64,000 nt of DNA from Sphingomonadaceae bacterium (GTDB lineage: Bacteria; Chloroflexota; UBA6077). The translations under genes were made by a program, and so were the position numbers. Shown here piece by piece: positions 1 through 8,250 of the stretch; positions within the stretch are counted from its first letter, which is position 1; every line of letters begins with the position of its first letter. The notes below the pieces were generated by a model. That model was not told the DNA's origin, ran no database searches, and saw only the letters and a program-made list of their open reading frames with translations. The stretch spans positions 10,054-74,053 of the forward strand of contig JBLNDL010000014.1 of NCBI GenBank assembly GCA_050261575.1. The letters are read 5' to 3'.

Positions 1-1
1 G

Positions 2-187
2 ATCGCCCAGCCAAACGCGGGGGTGCCCTCCGTGGAGGGCGGCAGGACGGTCTACAGCGTGGGGGCAGCGGAGATGGCCGACTTCGTGCAACAGTTCCTG
101 GATTCGGGGGTTCGGTTGATCGGGTCCTGCTGCGGCAGCTCGCCCGAGTACACCAGGGCCATCGTGCGGGTGGCAAAGGGGGGCTGA
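2..187 (+). CDS. homocysteine S-methyltransferase-domain protein, C-terminal fragment (5' end outside window)
   Basis: Frame-2 translation ends ...FLDSGVRLIGSCCGSSPEYTRAIVRVAKGG*, typical of the C-terminus of the Hcy S-methyltransferase/MetH N-domain; stop overlaps next start (TGATG). Confidence 0.5.
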   Translation: MAQPNAGVPSVEGGRTVYSVGAAEMADFVQQFLDSGVRLIGSCCGSSPEYTRAIVRVAKGG

Positions 188-1215
188 TGGAGAAAGAGCT
201 GGAGAGGTATTCTCGCCAGATCCTTTTCGCCGGCATCGGCGAGGAGGGCCAGCGGAAGCTGCGGGGCTCGAAGGTGTTGCTGGTGGGTTGCGGCGCCTTG
301 GGCAGCAACATCGCCAACACCATGGTGAGAGCGGGGGTGGGCAAGCTCACCATCGTGGACCGTGACTTCCTGGAGCTGAACAACCTGCAGAGGCAGGTGA
401 TGTTCGACGAGGAGGACGTGGCTGCCAGCCTGCCGAAGGCGGTCGCCGCAGCCAGGAAGCTGCGGAAGATCAACTCCCAGGTGGAGGTCGAGCCGCTGGT
501 GGCCGACGTCAATCCGGGGAACATCGAGGCGCTGGTGCGGGATGCGGACCTGGTGATGGATGGCACCGACAACTTCGAGACCCGCTACCTGATCAACGAC
601 GCTTGCGTGTCGCTGGGCAAACCGTGGGTCTACGGTGGCGTGCTCGCCAGCTACGGCGTCTCGATGACCATAGTGCCCCACGAGACCTCGTGCCTGCGCT
701 GCATCTTCGCGGAGAGTCCGCCGCCGGGTACCACTCCCACCTGCGACACCGCTGGGGTGCTCGCCAGCATCGCGGCGGTCGTGGCCAACATCCAGTGCGC
801 CGAGGCGCTCAAGCTGTTGACCGGCGCCAGGGATCGGATCAACAAGGGGATGATCTGGATCGACCTGTGGGAGAACAGCTTCGAGCGGCTGCTGGGCGGC
901 CAGATCGGCGAGAACTGCCCCTGCTGTGTGCAGGGCCGGTACGAGTTCCTGGAGGCCCGAGAGGGGACCCGCACGACCTCCATGTGCGGGCGGGACGCCA
1001 TCCAGGTGAGCGTGAGGGGCGGGGGCTCCGTCTCCTTCCCCGACCTGGCGGCGCGGCTTCAGGGGGCCGGCAAGGTGCAGTACAACGAGTACATGCTGCG
1101 ATTCCAGGTGGACGACTACGAGCTGATCGTCTTCCCGGATGCCCGAACCCTGGTGAAGGGGGTTACCGACGAGGCGATGGCCCGCACCCTGTTCGCCAGG
1201 TACGTCGGGGTGTAG
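187..1215 (+). CDS. ThiF/MoeB/HesA-family E1-like adenylyltransferase (MoeZ-like) with C-terminal CxxC...CxxC and extra domain
   Basis: 342 aa; RYSRQILF, Rossmann motif LLVGCGALGS, CLRC and CPCC zinc motifs; translationally coupled to upstream gene. Confidence 0.8.
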   Translation: MEKELERYSRQILFAGIGEEGQRKLRGSKVLLVGCGALGSNIANTMVRAGVGKLTIVDRDFLELNNLQRQVMFDEEDVAASLPKAVAAARKLRKINSQVEVEPLVADVNPGNIEALVRDADLVMDGTDNFETRYLINDACVSLGKPWVYGGVLASYGVSMTIVPHETSCLRCIFAESPPPGTTPTCDTAGVLASIAAVVANIQCAEALKLLTGARDRINKGMIWIDLWENSFERLLGGQIGENCPCCVQGRYEFLEAREGTRTTSMCGRDAIQVSVRGGGSVSFPDLAARLQGAGKVQYNEYMLRFQVDDYELIVFPDARTLVKGVTDEAMARTLFARYVGV

Positions 1216-1314
1216 GTCTGTCTCGCAGGGGCGGTGGCAAGCCGGAGCGCGGCGTCCTCGGGGGCGCGGCGACCTGACGGATATCCGGCCTGCCACCGCG
1301 GTTATCCCGTGGTG

Positions 1315-1531
1315 CTATCTGGTCTCCACCGGCTTCAACTGCCTCTGAACCTCTCCCCAGAGGTCCCCCTCGGACGTGTAGACCCGGTTGGGTACCCGTT
1401 CCAGGATCTCCACGACGCTCTGTGGAGCGCCCTGCTGCTTGGCCCAGTCGACCAGCGCCGGCAGCGATTCTGGCCAACCCACCTTCCTCAAGTAGGTGCG
1501 CAACTCATCCCTGGTAAGGGTCTGGGCCACA
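1315..1531 (-). CDS. small hypothetical protein (~71 aa)
   Basis: ORF with strong RBS (GGGAGGTGA) 5 nt before a GTG start; divergent from the rrf2 promoter; no recognisable family and no GG terminus. Confidence 0.3.
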
Positions 1532-1681
1532 GCGATCACCTCCCTTCAAAGGCGGTGGCCCACCCCGGCGAGGAGTGGGCCACCAAGCACCATCGCTACT
1601 GCGTGGCCGCCTGGCGCCCCCGAGGCCGGCCGATCGCAACTGGTATATAGCACCTGTAGGTTACCGATTCGCGATCAGGAT

Positions 1682-1720
1682 GTCAATGGATGTTGACAAC
1701 GGCCGCGGGCGCGCTATAAT
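1682..1720 (+). promoter_or_regulatory. near-consensus sigma70 promoter (TTGACA-16nt-TATAAT) overlapped by inverted repeat GTCAA-N6-TTGAC, upstream of the rrf2 gene
   Basis: TTGACA at 1693-1698 and TATAAT at 1715-1720; IR GTCAATGGATGTTGAC at 1682-1697; a second TTGAC direct copy at ~1734. Confidence 0.45.
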
Positions 1721-1779
1721 AGTCGGCGTGTTGTTGACTTAGGCTGTCGGAATTATCGAATATACTGGGGAGGGTCAAC

Positions 1780-2217
1780 GTGCGGATCTCGATGAAGAGC
1801 GACTACGCGTTGCGCGCCTTGATGGAGCTTGCCACGGTGCACGGCAATCGCCCCCTCCAGACCGGCGAAATCGCGGCGCGACGCTCCGTCCCGGAGTCCT
1901 ACCTGGAGCAGTTGCTCACCGCCTTGCGGAAGGCGGGCCTCGTAACCAGCGTTCGGGGGCCTCAAGGCGGGCACTCTCTGGCCGCGCCCCCCTCTCGGAT
2001 CACCGTGGGCGACGTGGTCAGGGCCCTGGAGGGGCCGGTGATAGTCATGGACTGTCTGGATTCGCCCGATGCCTGCCAGTCTCCGGATAGCTGTGTGCTG
2101 AAGGAGTTGTGGCTCGACGTGCGGAGGGCGGTAGAGGGGGCGATGGACAGGGTCACCCTCGAGGACCTGGCATCTCGCCAAGCGCTGATCGAGGGCGGCC
2201 TCATGTACCACATATGA
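1780..2217 (+). CDS. Rrf2-family transcriptional regulator (CymR/IscR-like)
   Basis: MRISMKSDYALRALMELA... winged-helix Rrf2 N-terminus; 145 aa; GTG start 5 nt after GGGGAGGG. Confidence 0.8.
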   Translation: MRISMKSDYALRALMELATVHGNRPLQTGEIAARRSVPESYLEQLLTALRKAGLVTSVRGPQGGHSLAAPPSRITVGDVVRALEGPVIVMDCLDSPDACQSPDSCVLKELWLDVRRAVEGAMDRVTLEDLASRQALIEGGLMYHI

Positions 2218-2311
2218 TCGGCGCGGCCGCGCCTGTCCTTCCAAGGCGGAGGGGGCGTGGCCTCCTGACGCGCAGCCCGGGTACCACGGAACGTGCCGGC
2301 GGCAGGGGGCA

Positions 2312-2338
2312 CGTGAGGCGAGCGAGCGCAGCCTCGCG
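2312..2338. repeat. intergenic hairpin repeat, family H (loop CGAGCGAGCGCAG), copy 1
   Basis: CGTGAGG-CGAGCGAGCGCAG-CCTCGCG; flanked by more small hairpins (2287-2365). Confidence 0.55.
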
Positions 2339-2474
2339 GTTCGGCCTGCCCCGCGGCAGGAACGAGACGCTGAACGTAGTGGCTTGGGATCTGCAATCGT
2401 CCTGGTGGGAATGCCGATGCCTGGAGCCGCATCCCGATGCGGCTTCGAGGGAGCGGGCGAAGGGGGAGATCAGG

Positions 2475-2921
2475 TTGCGGAAAGAACAGAGCGTGGTACG
2501 CCTGCCAGGTAGCTACCTGCGAGAGATCGTCGAGCACGCTCGGGATGGAAGTCCCAACGAGGTGTGCGGACTGATCGCAGGCCGCGGCGGGTATCCCGTG
2601 AAGCTGTACCGGACTACCAACGACGATCCCAACCCGCGGGTTCGGTACAACGTCGAGCCCCGGGAGCTTCTGGAAATCCACAGGGAGATCGAAGAGAACG
2701 GCTGGAGCCTGATGGCCATCTACCATTCCCATCCCGCGAGCGAGGCCTATCCATCGGAGACCGACGTTAGGCTCTCCTACTATCCAGATGCCGTCTATCT
2801 GATCTGCTCGTTAGCGGACGAGGATCCGGTGGTGAGGGCTTTCCGGATAGTCGACAGACAGGTGACGGAGCTGGCGTTGGAGGTCGAAGTGGAAACAGAG
2901 GGGCAGCGGCACGCCTCGTAG
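2475..2921 (+). CDS. JAMM/MPN+ metalloprotease (Mec+-like deubiquitinase-type)
   Basis: EVCGLIAG...HSHPASEAYPSETD matches JAMM motif E..H-x-H-x7-S-x2-D; TTG/GTG start after AAGGGGGAG; upstream part of track ORF 2109.. is not coding. Confidence 0.75.
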   Translation: MRKEQSVVRLPGSYLREIVEHARDGSPNEVCGLIAGRGGYPVKLYRTTNDDPNPRVRYNVEPRELLEIHREIEENGWSLMAIYHSHPASEAYPSETDVRLSYYPDAVYLICSLADEDPVVRAFRIVDRQVTELALEVEVETEGQRHAS

Positions 2922-2954
2922 TGGGGAGAGAGAAAGAAGAAGGAGAAGGAATCT

Positions 2955-3908
2955 ATGCGGATCGCCAACGATATCACGGAGTTGATTGGGAAGACGCCGC
3001 TGGTCAGGCTGAACAGGGTGACGGAGGGGTGCCACGCCACGGTCGTGGCGAAGATGGAGAGTTTCAATCCCCTCTCCAGCGTGAAGGACAGGATCGGCCT
3101 CAGCATGATCGACGAGGCCGAGAAGGCCGGGCTGATCCGGCCGGGCAAGACGGTGATCGTGGAGCCGACCAGCGGCAACACCGGCATCGCCCTCGCCTTC
3201 GTGTCGGCTGCTCGCGGCTACCGGTTGATCCTGACCATGCCCGAGACAATGAGCGTGGAGCGGCGTCAACTGCTGAGGGCCCTCGGTGCCGAACTGGTGC
3301 TCACGCCGGGGTCAGAGGGGATGAAGGGGGCGGTCCGCCGGGCCGAGGAGATAGCCGCGGAGATTCCCGATGGGTGGATCCCCCAGCAGTTCAAGAACCC
3401 CGCCAATCCGAAGATCCACCGCGAGACCACGGCGCTGGAGATCTGGAACGACACCGAGGGGAAGGTGGACATCCTGGTGGGTGGCGTCGGCACCGGAGGG
3501 ACGATCACCGGCATCGCCCAGGTGATCAAGGCCCGAAAGCCCGGGTTCAAGGTGGTGGCGGTGGAGCCGAAGGCCTCGCCGGTGCTATCCGGTGGTGCGC
3601 CGGGTGCCCACAAGATCCAGGGTATCGGGGCGGGCTTCGTGCCGGATGTCCTGGACCGGGAGTTGGTGGACGAGATCATCCAGGTGGAGAACGAGGACGC
3701 TTTCGAGACGGGGAGAAGGCTGGCTCGCCGGGAGGGCCTGCTGGTCGGCATCTCCTCCGGAGCTGCTGCATGGGCGGCTCTCCAGGTGGCGAGGAGACCG
3801 GAGAACGAGGGCAAGCTGATCGTCGTGATCCTTCCGGACACGGGCGAGCGCTACCTGAGCACCCCTCTCTTCCAGGAGCCACAGGGTAACGGGACGGCCA
3901 GCCTGTAG
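2955..3908 (+). CDS. cysM: PLP-dependent cysteine synthase (CysM/CysK family)
   Basis: 317 aa; SVKDRIG lysine motif, GNTG, glycine-rich TGGT loop; RBS GAAGGAGAAGGA. Confidence 0.85.
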   Translation: MRIANDITELIGKTPLVRLNRVTEGCHATVVAKMESFNPLSSVKDRIGLSMIDEAEKAGLIRPGKTVIVEPTSGNTGIALAFVSAARGYRLILTMPETMSVERRQLLRALGAELVLTPGSEGMKGAVRRAEEIAAEIPDGWIPQQFKNPANPKIHRETTALEIWNDTEGKVDILVGGVGTGGTITGIAQVIKARKPGFKVVAVEPKASPVLSGGAPGAHKIQGIGAGFVPDVLDRELVDEIIQVENEDAFETGRRLARREGLLVGISSGAAAWAALQVARRPENEGKLIVVILPDTGERYLSTPLFQEPQGNGTASL

Positions 3909-3997
3909 GGCGTCGTTCTGCAAGTCCCATGCGGTAGGGCGGGGGTTAGTGCCCCGCCGCCCGGCTCATCGGACGCGCCTGGCGGTGGGGCACACGT

Positions 3998-4050
3998 GGC
4001 GCGAGCGTGGCCGCGAGGCGAGCGAGCACAGCCTCGCGGCCACGCGCGCC
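3998..4050. repeat. intergenic hairpin repeat, family H, copy 2 (extended ~20-bp stem)
   Basis: GGCGCGAGCGTGGCCGCGAGG-CGAGCGAGCACAG-CCTCGCGGCCACGCGCGCC. Confidence 0.55.
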
Positions 4051-4341
4051 CTACGGGCGGCGCATTCGCGGAACGGCGCAATCAGTCTGCACGCACCGCG
4101 CCGGAAGCGGCGCATACCGACGTGTGGGGCGAAGCATCGGCGCTGGGAGCCTATGGGCGCGGTGATCCCCACACGCCACGGCTTCGCCCTCGTGCCTCGG
4201 CCCGGACTCTCGGCCAGGAATCCGGAGCCGTACCCCGCCACCCCCGCTCCGGTTGTTCGCGCCCCACAACCGGCCGTATAATTAGGTTAACGTCGCATAA
4301 TACTGCGTAATCCTGGTCGTGGGGGTGGGCGATTGGGCCGG

Positions 4342-5442
4342 ATGGTGGTCGTGGCCATGAGCGGTGGGGTGGACAGCTCTGTGGCCGCCGCCCTGCTGAA
4401 CCAGCAGGGGTACGACGTCGTCGGGGTCACCCTCAACGTATGGCCCGAGAAGAGTCTGGTGGAGGCCGATACCCGCCACAACGCTTGCTGCTCCCTCGAT
4501 TCGGTGGAGGATGCCCGGCGCGTGGCGGATCTGCTGGGCATACCCCACTACACCCTCAACTTCCGGGACGTCTTCGACCGGACCGTGATCGAGGACTTCG
4601 CCCGGGAGTACCTGCGTGGCCGCACCCCCAATCCCTGCGTGCGGTGCAACCGCTTCGTCAAGTTCGACGCCCTGCTTGCGAAGTCCCGAGCGCTCGGCGC
4701 GGAGTACCTGGCGACCGGCCACTACGCTCGGGTTGCGCGCTCGGATGAGGGCCGCTACGTGCTGCGGAGGGCCGTCGACGCCTCCAAGGATCAGAGCTAC
4801 GCCCTCTACTCCCTTACCCAGGAGCAGCTTGCCCACACCCTCTTCCCCCTGGGAGAGATGGAGAAGACGGAGACGCGGCGGATTGCGGCCAGACTCGGCC
4901 TCATCACGGCGAGGAAGCCCGACAGCCAGGAGATCTGCTTCGTCCCGGACAACGACTACGCCCGCTTCCTGCGGCAGAGGATCCCCTCGGCTGCTCGGCC
5001 GGGTCCCATCCTCGATCAGCGGGGCGAAGTGCTGGGGACCCATCCCGGCATCGCCTTCTTCACGGTTGGCCAACGAAAGGGACTGGGGCTGGCCTCCAGC
5101 ACTCCGCTCTACGTGCTCGAGATAATCCCCGAGCGGAACGCCGTTGTGGTGGGGGAGCGCGACGCGCTATACTCGGCGGGCCTGATAGCCGGGGACGTCA
5201 ACTGGGTTTCGATGGAGGAGCCCTCGGGGCCGGTGCGGGTGGACGCGCGGATCCGCTACCGAGCCCCGGAGGTTCCGGCGATGGCCCGCGTGCAGGGGGA
5301 TGGAAGCCTGCTGGTGGAGTTCGACGAGCCGCAGCGCGCCGTCTCCCCCGGGCAGGCTGTGGTGCTGTACCAGGGCGATCGGGTGGTGGCCGGCGGGACG
5401 ATCGAACGAGCTGTCAGCGGCCAGCCATCGGCTGTCAACTAG
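4342..5442 (+). CDS. mnmA: tRNA-specific 2-thiouridylase MnmA
   Basis: VVVAMSGGVDSSVAA PP-loop, C..CN motif, MnmA-length protein; TATAAT-like elements ~60 nt upstream. Confidence 0.85.
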   Translation: MVVVAMSGGVDSSVAAALLNQQGYDVVGVTLNVWPEKSLVEADTRHNACCSLDSVEDARRVADLLGIPHYTLNFRDVFDRTVIEDFAREYLRGRTPNPCVRCNRFVKFDALLAKSRALGAEYLATGHYARVARSDEGRYVLRRAVDASKDQSYALYSLTQEQLAHTLFPLGEMEKTETRRIAARLGLITARKPDSQEICFVPDNDYARFLRQRIPSAARPGPILDQRGEVLGTHPGIAFFTVGQRKGLGLASSTPLYVLEIIPERNAVVVGERDALYSAGLIAGDVNWVSMEEPSGPVRVDARIRYRAPEVPAMARVQGDGSLLVEFDEPQRAVSPGQAVVLYQGDRVVAGGTIERAVSGQPSAVN

Positions 5443-5499
5443 TACACTGTCGGCCGACCGCTGTCCGCTATTGGCTGATAGCTATACGGGGGAGCCTGA

Positions 5500-6330
5500 A
5501 TGGACGAACTGCACCAGAAATACGAGAAGCTGAAGGATGCCCTGCGCTCCATGGAGAGCGTGGCGGTGGCCTACTCCGGTGGGGTGGACAGCACCTTCCT
5601 GCTGAAGGTCGCCGTCGACGTGCTGGGGCGGGATCGCGTGCTGGGCATCGTTGCCGTGTCCGAATCCTATCCCGCTCGGGAGTTGGAGGAGGCGAAGCGT
5701 CTGGCAGAGGAGATGGGAGCGCGCATCCTCCTGATCGAAACGGAGGAGCTCGCCAACCCCGAGTACGCCCGCAACCCGGTCGATCGCTGCTTCCACTGCA
5801 AGACCGAGCTGTTTACCAAGGTGTACCCTGTGGCCAAGGAGCAGGGCCTGCGAGAGGTGCTGTACGGGGTGAACGCCGACGATCTGGGGGACTTCCGCCC
5901 CGGGATCCAGGCTGCCAAGCGGATGGGGGCCAGGGGGCCTCTACAAGAGGTCGGCCTGACGAAGAACGAGATCCGGCTACTGTCCCGGGAGTTGGGGCTA
6001 CGGACCTGGGACAAGCCCGCCTACGCGTGCCTCTCCTCCAGGATCCCCTACGGGCAGAGGATCACCAAGGAGGCCCTGCACCAGGTGGACGAGGCCGAGA
6101 ACTTCCTCCACGACCTTGGTTTCCTTCAGGTGAGGGTGCGCCACCACGACAGGATCGCCCGGATCGAGCTGCCCAGGGAGCAGATGTCGAAGCTGCTGGC
6201 GGATGGGTCCGCCGAGTTGATAGTGGCCAAGCTGAAGGAACTGGGGTACCTCTACGTGACTCTGGACCTGCAGGGCTATCGGACGGGCAGCCTGAACGAG
6301 GCCATCGGGGCTGCCAAGGTCGGCGCGTAG
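5500..6330 (+). CDS. PP-loop ATP-pyrophosphatase, LarE-like sacrificial sulfur transferase family (TIGR00268)
   Basis: VAYSGGVDSTFLL PP-loop; DRCFHCK; AYACLSSRIPYG resembles the LarE Cys loop. Confidence 0.7.
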   Translation: MDELHQKYEKLKDALRSMESVAVAYSGGVDSTFLLKVAVDVLGRDRVLGIVAVSESYPARELEEAKRLAEEMGARILLIETEELANPEYARNPVDRCFHCKTELFTKVYPVAKEQGLREVLYGVNADDLGDFRPGIQAAKRMGARGPLQEVGLTKNEIRLLSRELGLRTWDKPAYACLSSRIPYGQRITKEALHQVDEAENFLHDLGFLQVRVRHHDRIARIELPREQMSKLLADGSAELIVAKLKELGYLYVTLDLQGYRTGSLNEAIGAAKVGA

Positions 6331-6403
6331 GACAGACAGCATCGGGCGCGGCGTTCCACTGGGCCGCCTTCCGCCGCGGGACTCGAATCGGACGGTTGAG
6401 GTG

Positions 6404-6440
6404 GGGCACGCGGGGCGAGCGAAAGCAGCCTCGCGTGCCC
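6404..6440. repeat. intergenic hairpin repeat, family H, copy 3
   Basis: GGGCACGCGGGG-CGAGCGAAAGCAG-CCTCGCGTGCCC. Confidence 0.5.
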
Positions 6441-6645
6441 GCTCGTGTCACCTGCCCAAGGCCACCGTGATCCCGGCACTGCGGGCCGAGTGGTTCTCCG
6501 TCGAGCAGCATCTCCGGATAGAGCACTCGTTGTCCGCAAGGAGGCCGACGCGGAATGGAGGCATCTGCTCGGGGCAGGTGAGCGGCTGCACGTGGGGCTC
6601 GATTGAGGGGCCACGCAGCACCGAGAATCGTTTGAGGTGATGACC

Positions 6646-7341
6646 ATGCCTAGGCTACCAGTTGACCTGGTCGCTTTCGACCTGATGGGAACGGTGATCG
6701 AGGATACAGGCGCAATGGACAGGGCGCTGAAGCGAACCTTGAGCCACCACAAGGTCCCCTTCAACCAGCAAGAGGTGGACGCCATGAGGGGTGCCGCCAA
6801 GGTGGAGGTCTTCCGGGCCGTGGCGGAGCGCGCACTGGGGGCCGGTGGGAGCCCCGAAGCCTGCCTTGAGCTGGCCGAGAAGATGTACCGCACCTTCAAG
6901 CAGGCGCTCAGGGATGCCTACGCGGAGACGCCCCCGGTGGAGATCCCGGGCGCTGCGGCGACCATGCGCTGGCTGAGGGAGCGAGGCGTCAAGGTCGCCG
7001 CAACCAGCGCTCTGGATACCGACCAGTTGGGGCCGATGCTGGATCGGCTGGGATGGGCCGAGGGCGTCTTCGACTGCAAGGTATCCACCTATGAAGTCCC
7101 TCGGGGACGCCCTGCACCGTACATGATATTCCAAGCGATGATGAGGACAGGCGTGGTGGACGTGCGGCGGGTCGCCGCCGTGGGCGATACCCCTTTGGAT
7201 CTGATGGCCGGCACCAATGCGGGGCTCCGGTGGGTGATAGGCGTCTTGAGTGGCGCTCACCGTCTGGAGAGCCTGGGCGTTGTCCCCCACACCCACATCC
7301 TGAACAGCGTCGCCGACCTGCCGAGGATCCTGGAGGGCTAG
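6646..7341 (+). CDS. HAD-IA family hydrolase (phosphonatase/phosphatase-like)
   Basis: VAFDLMGTVIED (DxDGT-like motif I), C-terminal GDTPLD motif; start chosen 8 nt after GAGGTGA. Confidence 0.6.
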   Translation: MPRLPVDLVAFDLMGTVIEDTGAMDRALKRTLSHHKVPFNQQEVDAMRGAAKVEVFRAVAERALGAGGSPEACLELAEKMYRTFKQALRDAYAETPPVEIPGAAATMRWLRERGVKVAATSALDTDQLGPMLDRLGWAEGVFDCKVSTYEVPRGRPAPYMIFQAMMRTGVVDVRRVAAVGDTPLDLMAGTNAGLRWVIGVLSGAHRLESLGVVPHTHILNSVADLPRILEG

Positions 7342-7421
7342 ACTCTGTCGGCCCTGGTCTCGCAGTCTTGCCTGGCACGATGCTACTATACACAGCAAGG
7401 TAGATGTCGCGGAGGAGAGGA

Positions 7422-8213
7422 ATGGGCGATCAGGACCTGGGCAACAAGCCCATGTTGAAGAAGTTCGACCTCACCGGAAGGGTGGCGCTGGTGACCGGGT
7501 CGAGCCGTGGGATTGGCGCCGCCATGGCGGTGGCGCTCGCGGAGGCGGGCGCCGACCTGGCCTTGGTGGCTCGGACGGAGGATGCCCTGCAGGGGGTGGC
7601 CGGCCGGATTCGAGAATTGGGCCGGCGGGCGCTGGTGGTCCCCACCGACGTGTCTCGGGTGCCGGCTCTCACCCAAATGGTGGATCGAGTGGTGGCCGAA
7701 TACGGTCGAGTCGACATCCTGGTAAACGCCGCCGGAGTGCAGTGCCGGAAGCCGATACTGGAGGTGACGGAGGAGGAGTGGGACTTCGTCAACGACGTCA
7801 ACCTGAAGGCGGTGTACTTCTGTTCCCAGATCGTTGCCCGGCACATGCTGAAGCAGGGGAAGGGGAAGATCATCAACATAGCTTCACTCACCTCCACCAT
7901 TGGGATCGCAAACGTCAGCATCTACACGGCCACCAAGGGCGGGGTGCTGGCGCTCACCAGGGTCATGTCAAGGGAGTGGGCGAAGCAGGGGATCAGGGTG
8001 AACGCCATCGCCCCTGGCTACTTCCACACCGAATTGACCAAGCGGTTGTACGACGATCCCGCCCTGCGTCAGTGGGTCGTCGATCGGACCCCCGTGGGTC
8101 GTTGGGGCGAGTTGGAGGACCTGATGGGCACCGCGGTGTTCCTGGCGTCCGACGCATCGGATTTCATCACAGGCGAGCTGATAAACGTGGATGGTGGGTG
8201 GTTGTCGGCGTAG
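7422..8213 (+). CDS. SDR-family oxidoreductase (gluconate/2-deoxygluconate dehydrogenase-like)
   Basis: TGSSRGIGAAMA, NAAG, YTATKGG catalytic Tyr-x3-Lys; RBS GGAGGAGAGGA. Confidence 0.8.
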   Translation: MGDQDLGNKPMLKKFDLTGRVALVTGSSRGIGAAMAVALAEAGADLALVARTEDALQGVAGRIRELGRRALVVPTDVSRVPALTQMVDRVVAEYGRVDILVNAAGVQCRKPILEVTEEEWDFVNDVNLKAVYFCSQIVARHMLKQGKGKIINIASLTSTIGIANVSIYTATKGGVLALTRVMSREWAKQGIRVNAIAPGYFHTELTKRLYDDPALRQWVVDRTPVGRWGELEDLMGTAVFLASDASDFITGELINVDGGWLSA

Positions 8214-8250
8214 TGGGTGGCTGCCGGCGCAGAGGAAAGGAGGCCGGGTG

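Noticed and set aside
52-1296. Long minus-strand ORF (414 aa, Arg/Gly/Pro-rich) antisense to the MoeZ-like gene, and many similar long ORFs (e.g. 603-1277+, 2921-3889+, 11230-12816-, 14936-16285-, 21288-22400+, 22738-24267-, 26132-27784-, 30939-32741+, 58446-59369-)
   Set aside because: Low-complexity RGPA-rich translations with no family resemblance. They overlap well-supported genes on the other strand or frame, and stop-poor high-GC DNA yields such ORFs by chance.
1315-1531. Small minus-strand ORF considered as the missing CysO/ThiS-like sulfur carrier
   Set aside because: The protein ends ...KPVETR rather than Gly-Gly (with or without an extension) and has no beta-grasp-like pattern. Kept only as a hypothetical protein.
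6380-6400. tRNA-like T-loop resemblance (GGGACTCGAATCGGAC)
   Set aside because: No acceptor/anticodon stems can be built around it. It sits next to a family-H hairpin repeat and is not a tRNA.
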